The position numbers and the translations under genes are program-made. Positions 13,240-24,236 of a DNA stretch of 63,866 bases are shown piece after piece (the first letter of the stretch is position 1; each line of letters opens with the position of its first letter). Source of the DNA: Macrostomum lignano (lineage: Eukaryota); assembly GCA_002269645.1 (NCBI GenBank), contig NIVC01003236.1, positions 1-63,866 of the forward strand, in the 5' to 3' direction. The notes below the pieces were generated by a model. The model was not told the DNA's origin and ran no database searches. It was given only the letters and a program-made list of their open reading frames with translations.

Positions 13240-13500
13240 ACCTGCCTCAGGTCTGCCTCTGTCTGCCTACCTGTCGGTGTCTGTCTACCTTACCTGTCTG
13301 TCTGCCTGCCTACCTGCCTGTGTCTGCCTGTCTACCTGTCTGTGTCTGCCTGCCTACCTGCCTGTGTCTGCCTGCCTACCTGCCTGTCTGTCTTCCTGTC
13401 AATATGTCTGTCTACCTGTCTGTCTACCTGCCTACCTGCCTGTCTGTCTGCCTGTCTACACGTCTGTCTGTCTCTCCTTGCATGCGTGTCTGTCTATCTG
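13240..13500. repeat. (CTGT/CTGC/CTAC)n microsatellite
   Basis: Direct reading. Confidence 0.85.
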
Positions 13501-14209
13501 TCTAAAGTGTCTTTGTCTGTGTCCGCATTCCGCATGCATGTCTCAATCTGTTTATCCTTCTGTGGGTCTATCTATCTACATTCTACCGTTTGTCTCGTGG
13601 CCTGAGAAACCACGGCTTTTATTAATTAGCCAATTAAAGTTTCTACAGGAAAATTTAGTGAATTGACGAAACTGTTAAAAACAATTTAAAAACTTTCCAT
13701 ATTTCTTGCCATTGCTAAGCTGAACACGAATAAAATTATTCAATAAAACTACAGACTGACAAAGAAAAAAGATAACAAAACATAAATATACTACTGCTGT
13801 CAATGTTTAAATTGTTTTAAAGAAACGAGAAACGATTAAACAAAAAAAATCAGTCGCACTTTTTTATTTGTTGTTTTAATGAGGATAAATAGTTTTGAAA
13901 AATAAATAGCTTTATTAAAATGTTGAAACAAAAAAGTAAAAATTGGAGGAAGCTTTCATAACCAGTGGCCAAAATATGGCAAATTGGGAGATCAAGTAAA
14001 AAGTAGAGTATTAAAAAAAAAAGAAAAAATAATTTAAAAAAAGATTGCGTTTTACTACTTGTGGTAATTAGTGGTGTTAATATGCTGTTAGCCGATAAAA
14101 TGCAGGACTCACGGTCCTTAACTGCACTGGGTCAATAAAAAATAAACTTGGGATTAATTTTGTAAGCGCTTCATCATATAAAAATTAGGGGAAAAACTTT
14201 CGACTCTTA

Positions 14210-15220
14210 GGTGGTGCTCAGAATGAGAGATCTGAGATACTCAGTGCTCAGAATGAGGATCTGAGAGATACTCAGTGCTCAGAATGAGGATCTGAGAGAT
14301 ACTCAGTGCTCAGAATGAGGATCTGAGAGATACTCTGTGCTCAGAATGAGGATCTGAGAGATACTCAGTGCTCAGAATGAGGATCTGAGAGATACTCAGT
14401 GCTCAGAATGAGGATCTGAGAGATACTCTGTGCTCAGAATGAGGATCTGAGAGATACTCAGTGCTCAGAATAAGATATCTGAGAGATACTCAGTGCTCAG
14501 AATAAGATATCTGAGAGATACTCAGTGCTCAGAATGAGGATCTGAGAGATACTCAGTGCTCAGAATGAGGATCTGAGAGATACTCAGTGCTCAGAATGAG
14601 GATCTGAGAGATACTCTGTGCTCAGAATGAGGATCTGAGAGATACTCAGTGCTCAGAATGAGGATCTGAGAGATACTCTGTGCTCAGAATGAGGATCTGA
14701 GAGATACTCAGTGCTCAGAATGAGGATCTGAGAGATACTCAGTGCTCAGAATGAGGATCTGAGAGATACTCAGTGCTCAGAATGAGGATCTGAGAGATAC
14801 TCAGTGCTCAGAATGAGGATCTGAGAGATACTCAGTGCTCAGAATGAGGATCTGAGAGATACTCAGTGCTCAGAATGAGGATCTGAGAGATACTCAGTGC
14901 TCAGAATGAGGATCTGAGAGATACTCAGTGCTCAGAATGAGGATCTGAGAGATACTCAGTGCTCAGAATGAGGATCTGAGAGATACTCAGTGCTCAGAAT
15001 GAGGATCTGAGAGATACTCAGTGCTCAGAATGAGGATCTGAGAGATACTCAGTGCTCAGAATGAGGATCTGAGAGATACTCAGTGCTCAGAATGAGGATC
15101 TGAGAGATACTCAGTGCTCAGAATGAGGATCTGAGAGATACTCAGTGCTCAGAATGAGGATCTGAGAAATACTCTGCGCTCAGAATGAGGATCTCAGAAA
15201 TACTCTGCGCTCAGAATGAG
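14210..15220. repeat. 31-bp minisatellite (TCAGTGCTCAGAATGAGGATCTGAGAGATAC), about 32 near-identical copies
   Basis: Direct reading. It starts about 120 bp 3' of the DNMT3 stop codon. Confidence 0.97.
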
Positions 15221-15336
15221 GATCAGGGACATGGAAAACCAGATTATTAGGGACATAAAGGGATTGCCAATGTCAGTCAGAGTATCAGGTAATTCCCAAT
15301 GCTCAGCAGGCCTCATCAACAAGCTCAGAGCAGTGC

Positions 15337-16446
15337 TCACTCGCCGTCGCCGGCATCAGGCCCCGGCAGCACAGCAAAGAAGTGGCGCAGCGGGCGCAGC
15401 AGGTGGGCAACCAGAGGCAGACACCAGCTGCGGCCAATCAGCTTGCGCCTGGCCAGGTCGGTCAGTCCGCAGTCCGTGTAGTGTGCCGGGAAACCGAACA
15501 GCCGCTCGAGCTCCGTCACCCACAGGGCGTCCGGGAGGCCGTCAGCGTCGGCCACCGGCAGGGAGCCGTCAGGGCCGCGGCCGCTGCAGCGCTTCGTGGT
15601 GACGCAGCCGACGGTGGCGTGACGGGCGGCGCGGCCGCTGCGAGGGTCGATGCAGCTGGCCAGATGGCGCTGGCGCCTTCGGGATGGGAGTGACGCTTTC
15701 TGTTCAGGGAGTGACTGGTTCAGGGAGTGACTGGTTCAGGGAGTGACTGGTTCAGGGAGTGACTGGTTCAGGGAGTGACTGGTTCAGGGAGTGACTGGTT
15801 CAGGGAGTGACTGGTTCAGGGAGTGACTGGTTCAGGGAGTGACTGGTTCAGGGAGTGACTGGTTCAGGGAGTGACTGGTTCAGGGAGTGACTGGTTCAGG
15901 GAGTGACTGGTTCAGGGAGTGACTGGTTCAGGGAGTGACTGGTTCAGGGAGTGACTGGTTCAGGGAGTGACTGGTTCAGGGAGTGACTGGTTCAGGGAGT
16001 GACTGGTTCAGGGAGTGACTGGTTCAGGGAGTGACTGGTTCAGGGAGTGACTGGTTCAGGGAGTGACTGGTTCAGGGAGTGACTGGTTCAGGGAGTGACT
16101 GGTTCAGGGAGTGACTGGTTCAGGGAGTGACTGGGAGGGTGTGGCTTTGGGAGAACCAACCAGACCCAGTTGCCGGAACTAACTCACTCAGTTTCACGGG
16201 GCTCAGGCCCAGCAGCGGCAGCCGGCCTGGCGCAGTGCACAACATCGGCAGCCAGCGTGGAGGCGACGCCAGAGGAGCGCAGCATGCCGGGAAGGTTGCC
16301 CCAGAACAGGCGGGCTCGGCGCTGAGCTGAGAAAATGACGGCGTCCAGGCGGATCGGCTCGCGGCCTAGGAACCTGTGGGGTGGGGTAGAGTAATGGACT
16401 GACGGAGGACAGACAGACAGAGAGACAGACAGACAGAAAGACAGGG

Positions 16447-16519
<73 letters not shown>

Positions 16520-16522
16520 TTA

Positions 16523-16569
<47 letters not shown>

Positions 16570-19500
16570 AAGACAGACAGACAGACAGACAGAGAGACAG
16601 ACAGACGGACAGACAGACAGAGAGACAGACAGACAGACAGACAGACAGGGAGACAGACAGACAGAGAGACAGAGAGACAGACAGACAGACAGACAGAGAG
16701 ACAGGCAGACAGACAGACCTGGAAATGCGAGTCTTATCCTCCTGCCGCATGCTGGCCACATTCTCGAACAGCCAGAACAGGGGGCGCCGTTGGCGCTCGT
16801 CGGCGCTCGGGCTGCCAATCCGACGGAGCAGTTCGAGAATTCGGTGAAACTCGAAAAAAAGCAGTCCGGATTCTGAGGCCAGGCCTTGCCTGACGGAGAT
16901 GGGATATTAGAAAATTGAAATTTTCATAGGATTCTCGATACAGGAGGCTGGCCAAGAAAACGACACCTGGGAGGCGGGCAGCCCAGCAACTGAGGATCTG
17001 GGAGGCTGGCCCAGCAACTGAGGATCTGACAGGGCTGGCCCAGCAACTGAGGATCTGGGAGGCTGGCCCAGCAACTGAGGATCTAACAGGGCTGGCCCAG
17101 CAACTGAGGATCTGGGAGGCTGGCCCAGCAACTGAGGATCTGGGAGGCTGGCCCAGCAACTGACACTCTGGGAGGCTGGCCCAGCAACTGGGGATCTGGG
17201 AGGCTGGCCCAGCAACTGAGGATCTGGGAGGCTGGCCCAGCAACTGAGGATCTGGGAGGCTGGCCCAGCAACTGAGGATCTGGGAGGCTGGCCCAGCAAC
17301 TGAGGATCCGGAAGGCTGGCCCAGCAACTGAGGATCTGGGAGGCTGGCCCAGCAACTGAGGATCCGGGAGGCTCGCCCAGCAACTGAGGATCTGGGAGGC
17401 AGAACACGTGCACCAGTGGAGCAAGCAGTCACCTATTGGGATTGGCAGCGGACAGCTGACTGCAAGGCGAGCCCCCAATCAGCAGATCGATGGGCAGCAG
17501 AGAGCGCAGCCGGTCCTCAGTCAGCTCGGTGACGCTGCCCAGCTGCCGCACCCGGTTGCCATGGTTACAAGCGGCCACACGGATTGCGTCCGGGTCGATC
17601 TCGGAGGCGAAGCAGATTTCTACGGACAGGCCGGCGGACTGCAGGCACAGCAAGGCGGAGGCCACGCCATCGAATAGCGACAGAACTCGGAGCGGCTGGG
17701 AGCAGCCCGCGCTGCGCTGAAGCTCCGGCGGCGGCGGCGGGTGCAGAGAATGGGGCTCCGTTTGGCTGCAATAAATAAAAGCGATGCTTTTGGGGTAATT
17801 AACCTCATTTTGACATATTTTCTCCTCCATTCTCATCCCTGCTCTTCCCCTCCATTCTCACCCCTGCTCTTCCCCTCTATTCTCGTCCCTGCTCTTCCCC
17901 TCCATTCTCATGCCTGCTGTTCCCCTCCATTCTCATGCCTGCTGTTCCCCTCCATTCTCATCCCTGCTCTTCCCCTCCATTCTCACCCCTGCTCTTCCCC
18001 TCTATTCTCACCCCTGCTCTTCCCCTCCATTCTCATCCCTGCTCTTCCCCTCCATTCTCATGCCTGCTCTTCCCCTCCATTCTCATCCCTGCTCTTCCCC
18101 TCCATTCTCATCCCTGCTCTTCCCCTCCATTCTCATGCCTGCTGTTCCCCTCCATTCTCACCCCTGCTATTCCCCTCCTTCTCATTTCCTTCCATTTTCA
18201 TGCCTTAACGCCATCATGCTCCCCTCCCCTCTATTCTCATCAATCAGCAGCAGAAACCTACTAATACAGTCGCTGCCGCCAGTCGCTCCTGGGCTGAATG
18301 AGACGCTCAGACAGCAGCTGGCACAGGTGGCACAGCCACCCATTGTCGCTGATAATTCTTTGCCAAGCATCTTGGCCAATCAGCAAGGTGAGGCAGCCTT
18401 GACAGAAGCATCTGCCGCATTCAGCTGAACCGCACATGGCCTGAAAATTCAATTATTTATCGAATAAATTGAAGCTTCCAGCATGAGAAGCTTTAAGAAT
18501 GAGAAGCTTGGGAAGCTTTGAGCAAGAGAAGCTTTGAGCAAGAGAAGCTTTGAGCTTGAGAGGCCTTGAGCATGAGAGTTTGAGAGGCTTTGAGCATGAG
18601 AAGCTTTGAGCATGAGAAGCTTTGAGCAAGAGAAGCTTTGAGCTTGAGAAGCTTTGAGCTTGAGAGGCTTTGAGCATGAGAAGCTTTGAGCATGAGAAGC
18701 TTCGAGCATGAGAAGCTTTGAGCTTGGGAGGCTTTGAGTATGAAAAGCTTTGAGCATGAGAAGCTTTGAGCATGAAAAGCTTCGAGCATGAGAAGCTTTG
18801 AGCTTGAGAAGCTTTGAGCATGAGAAGCTTTGAGCTTGAGAGGCTTTGAGCATGAGAAGCTTTGAGCATGAGAAGCTTCGAGCATGAGAAGCTTTGAGCT
18901 TGGGAGGCTTTGAGTATGAAAAGCTTTGAGCATGAGAAGCTTTGAGCATGAGAAGCTTTGAGCATGAGAAGCTTCGAGCATGAGAAGCTTTGAGCTTGGG
19001 AGGCTTTGAGCATGAAAAGCTTTGAGCATGAGAAGCTTTGAGCATGAAAAGCTTCGAGCATGAGAAGCTTTGAGCTTGAGAGGCTTTGAGCATGAGAAGC
19101 TTTGAGCATGAGAAGCTTTGAGCATGAGAAGCTTTGAGCTTGAGAAGCTTTGAGCATGAGAAGCTTTGAGCTTGAGAGGCTTTGAGCTTGAGAGGCTTTG
19201 AGCATGAGAAGCTTTGAGCTTGAGAGGCTTTGAGCATGAGAAGCTTTGAGCATGGGAGGCTTTGAGCATGAAAAGCTTTGAGCATGAGAAGCTTTGAGCA
19301 TGAAAAGCTTTGAGCATGAGAAGCTTTGAGCTTGAGAAGCTTTGAACATGAGAAGCTTCGAGCATGAGAAGCTTTGAGCAAGAGAAGCTTTAAGCTTGAG
19401 AGGCTTTGAGCATGAAAAGCTTCGAGTATGAGAAGCTTTGAGCAAGAGAAGCTTTGAGCTTGAGAAGCTTTGAACATGAGAAGCTTTAGGCATGAGAAGC

Positions 19501-22500
19501 TTCGAGCATGAGAAGCTGAAAGGTCTCAATAAATTACGATCTTACAGAAAGCAGACGCTAACAGAAAGCAAGCCAGAAGCGCACCTGATTCCCGGGCCTG
19601 CCGCACACAGAGCAGTACATGAACCAGCCGTCATCGCCAACGGAGAAGCACACAGTCAAATAGTTTTCCAAGCAGTCGACGCACAGCGACCCGCGCAGCA
19701 CCGGGTGCTCCATCAACAGCGGCAGCTGCTGTTCAACCCGCACAGTGCCGCAGGCGAGGCAGACGTTCTCTAACGCGATCGATCCGTCCAAGACTTTCTC
19801 ATAGATGGCGGTCACATCTGGCGAAACCAATCGAGGCCGCGAGCTCAGGCCAGACAGTGAGTTTCGATTCGAACCCGATGAGTAGGTTGACGATGATGGA
19901 GAGAACGAGTGAGGCTGAGCCATCCCAGCAGCCTCATCATCATCGGAGTCTGCGAGAATTCGAGAGAAGTGGACCGAGTATGGGGATCTGGAAACTTAAG
20001 AATTTCACATCTAGAAATCTAGAGGATTTAGGGAAGATTTAGGGATCTGGGAATCTCGACGATTTGAGAAAATTTGGGGATCTGGGAATCTCGAGGATTT
20101 GAGAAAATTTAGGGATCTGGGAATCTCGACGATTTGAGAAAATTTGGGGATCTGGGAATCTCGAGGATTTGAGAAAATTTAGGGATCTGGGAATTTCGAG
20201 GATTTGAGAAAATTTAGGGATCTGGGAATCTCGACGATTTGAGAAAAATTTGGGGATCTGGGAATCTCGAGGATTTGAGAAAATTTGGGGATCTGGGAAT
20301 TTCGAGGATTTGAGAAAATTTAGGGATCTGGGAATCTCGACGATTTGAGAAAAATTTGGGGATCTGGGAATCTCGAGGATTTGAGAAAATTTGGGGATCT
20401 GGGAATTTCGAGGATTTGAGAAAATTTAGGGATCTGGGAATCTCGACGATTTGAGAAAAATTTGGGGATCTGGGAATCTCGAGGATTTGAGAAAATTTGG
20501 GGATCTGGGAATTTCGAGGATTTGAGAAAATTTAGGGATCTGGGAATCTCGACGATTTGAGAAAATTTGGGGATCTGGGAATCTCGAGGATTTGAGAAAA
20601 TTTAGGGATCTGGGAATCTCGACGATTTGAGAAAATTTGGGGATCTGGGAATCTCGAGGATTTGAGAAAATTTAGGGATCTGGGAATTTCGAGGATTTGA
20701 GAAAATTTAGGGATCTGGGAATCTCGACGATTTGAGAAAAATTTGGGGATCTGGGAATCTCGAGGATTTGAGAAAATTTGGGGATCTGGGAATTTCGAGG
20801 ATTTGAGAAAATTTAGGGATCTGGGAATCTCGACGATTTGAGAAAAATTTGGGGATCTGGGAATCTCGAGGATTTGAGAAAATTTGGGGATCTGGGAATT
20901 TCGAGGATTTGAGAAAATTTAGGGATCTGGGAATCTCGACGATTTGAGAAAAATTTGGGGATCTGGGAATCTCGAGGATTTGAGAAAATTTGGGGATCTG
21001 GGAATTTCGAGGATTTGAGAAAATTTAGGGATCTGGGAATCTCGACGATTTGAGAAAATTTGGGGATCTGGGAATTTCGAGGATTTGAGAAAATTTAGGG
21101 ATCTGGGAATCTCGACGATTTGAGAAAAATTTGGGGATCTGGGAATCTCGAGAATTTGAGAAAATTTGGGGATCTGGGAATTTCGAGGATTTGAGAAAAT
21201 TTAGGGATCTGGGAATCTCGACGATTTGAGAAAAATTTGGGGATCTGGGAATCTCGAGGATTTGAGAAAATTTGGGGATCTGGGAATTTCGAGGATTTGA
21301 GAAAATTTAGGGATCTGGGAATCTCGAGGATTTAGAGAAGATTTGAGGATCTGGGAATCTCGAAGATTTGGGGAATATTTGGGGATCTGGGAATCTCGAG
21401 GATTTAGAGAAGATTTGAGGATCTGGGAATCTCGAAGATTTGGGGAATATTTGGGGATCTGGGAATCTCGAGGATTTAGAGAAGATTTGAGGATCTGGGA
21501 ATCTCGAAGATTTGGGGAATATTTGGGGATCTGGGAATCTCGAGGATTTAGAGAAGATTTGAGGATCTGGGAATCTCGAAGATTTGGGGAATATTTGGGG
21601 ATCTGGGAATCTCGAGGATTTAGAGAAGATTTAGGGATCTGGGAATCTCGACGATTTGAGAAAAATTTGGGGATCTGGGAATCTCGAGGATTTGAGAAAA
21701 TTTGGGGATCTGGGAATTTCGAGGATTTGAGAAAATTTAGGGATCTGGGAATCTCGAGGATTTAGAGAAGATTTGAGGATCTGGGAATCTCGAAGATTTG
21801 GGGAATATTTGGGGATCTGGGAATCTCGAGGATTTAGAGAAGATTTGAGGATCTGGGAATCTCGAAGATTTGGGGAATATTTGGGGATCTGGGAATCTCG
21901 AGGATTTAGAGAAGATTTGAGGATCTGGGAATCTCGAAGATTTGGGGAATATTTGGGGATCTGGGAATCTCGAGGATTTAGAGAAGATTTGAGGATCTGG
22001 GAATCTCGAAGATTTGGGGAATATTTGGGGATCTGGGAATCTCGAGGATTTAGAGAAGATTTGAGGATCTGGGAATCTCGAAGATTTGGGGAATATTTGG
22101 GGATCTGGGAATCTCGAGGATTTAGAGAAGATTTGAGGATCTGGGAATCTCGAAGATTTGGGGAATATTTGGGGATCTGGGAATCTCGAGGATTTAGAGA
22201 AGATTTGAGGATCTGGGAATCTCGAAGATTTGGGGAATATTTGGGGATCTGGGAATCTCGAGGATTTAGAGAAGATTTAGGGATCTGGGAATCTCGACGA
22301 TTTGAGAAAAATTTGGGGATCTGGGAATCTCGAGGATTTGAGAAAATTTGGGGATCTGGGAATTTCGAGGATTTGAGAAAATTTAGGGATCTGGGAATCT
22401 CGAGGATTTAGAGAAGATTTGAGGATCTGGGAATCTCGAAGATTTGGGGAATATTTGGGGATCTGGGAATCTCGAGGATTTAGAGAAGATTTGAGGATCT

Positions 22501-23367
22501 GGGAATCTCGAAGATTTGGGGAATATTTGGGGATCTGGGAATCTCGAGGATTTAGAGAAGATTTGAGGATCTGGGAATCTCGAAGATTTGGGGAATATTT
22601 GGGGATCTGGGAATCTCGAGGATTTAGAGAAGATTTGAGGATCTGGGAATCTCAAAGATTTGGGGAACATTCGGGAATGTGGGAATCGCGGGGATTTGGG
22701 GAACATTTTGTACGTGGATTCTCGGGGATTTAAGAATCTGGGAATCGTGGGATTTGGGGAACATTTGGAGATCTGGGAATCTCGAGGATTTAGGGATGAT
22801 TTGGGGATCTGGGAATCTCGGGATTTGGGAGATTTGGGTTCTGGTAATACCAGTATGAGGATTTGGCAAGTCAAGCCTGAGGATCGCGGAAACCCTAGTC
22901 CCCACCTGACGTTTTCGGCACTGAGAAACTGAAGATGTGGGAATAGTAGCATCTAGACGAAAAAACAACTCGATCGCATCGAAATGAAAGCCACAACATA
23001 CATGCGCAACCTTGGGAATCACCCGGCCGTTTCTATTGGCAACACACACATGTAAGTCGCTATTGGCTGAGAGCAGTCACGTGACTACTATTCTGTCCAA
23101 TAGCGACATACGTGTGTGTTGCCAATAGAAACGGCCGGGTGAATCCAAAGGTTGCGCCCAAGCATGAGCCACAACAGCAATACAAAACTCACCGCTGACA
23201 GCGAGATGCAATCCCTCACTTTCGGCCACGGCACCGAGCGATTTACGGTGCTGCCTGCGGATGGGTGAGTCAGAATCAGGCTGCTGGTAAGGCTGTTGGA
23301 ATTTTATCATAGTGAATTGGCGATGGATTCCATCCATCCATCCATCCATCCATCCAACCATCTATCC

Positions 23368-23466
<99 letters not shown>

Positions 23467-23485
23467 ATCTATCTATCTATCTATC

Positions 23486-23535
<50 letters not shown>

Positions 23536-23580
23536 ATGTGTATCTATCTATATGTGTATCTATCTACCTATCTATCTATC

Positions 23581-23618
<38 letters not shown>

Positions 23619-23716
23619 ATGTGTATCTATCTATCTATCTATCTACCTATCTATCTATCATCTATCTATCTATATCTATCTATCTATCTATCTCTGTCTA
23701 TCTATCTGTCTATCTG

Positions 23717-23763
<47 letters not shown>

Positions 23764-23882
23764 CTGTCTATCTATCTATCTATCTATCTATCTGTCTGTC
23801 TATCTATCTATCTATCTATCTATCTATGATAGATCTATCATCTATCTATCTATCTATCTCTGTCTATCTATCTGTCTATCTG

Positions 23883-23914
<32 letters not shown>

Positions 23915-23971
23915 CCTATCTATCTATCATCTATCTATCTATCTATCTCTGTCTATCTATCTGTCTATCTG

Positions 23972-24014
<43 letters not shown>

Positions 24015-24153
24015 CTGTCTATCTATCTATCTATCTATCTATCTGTCTGTCTATCTATCTATCTATCTATCTATCTATGATAGATCTATCATCTATCTAT
24101 CTATCTATCTCTGTCTATCTATCTGTCTATCTGTCTATCTATCTATCTATCTA

Positions 24154-24236
<83 letters not shown>

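Noticed and set aside
14210-16132. Regular 31-bp and 16-bp repeats superficially like CRISPR arrays
   Set aside because: They are head-to-tail with no unique spacers, there are no cas genes, and the context is eukaryotic.
22906-22952. Possible extra DNMT3 exon ([16 protein letters not shown]) on the minus strand
   Set aside because: It enters in phase 1 and exits in phase 0, while the next exon (19949) needs phase 1. Exon 3 joins 19949 directly, and the donor GTGGGG is weak.
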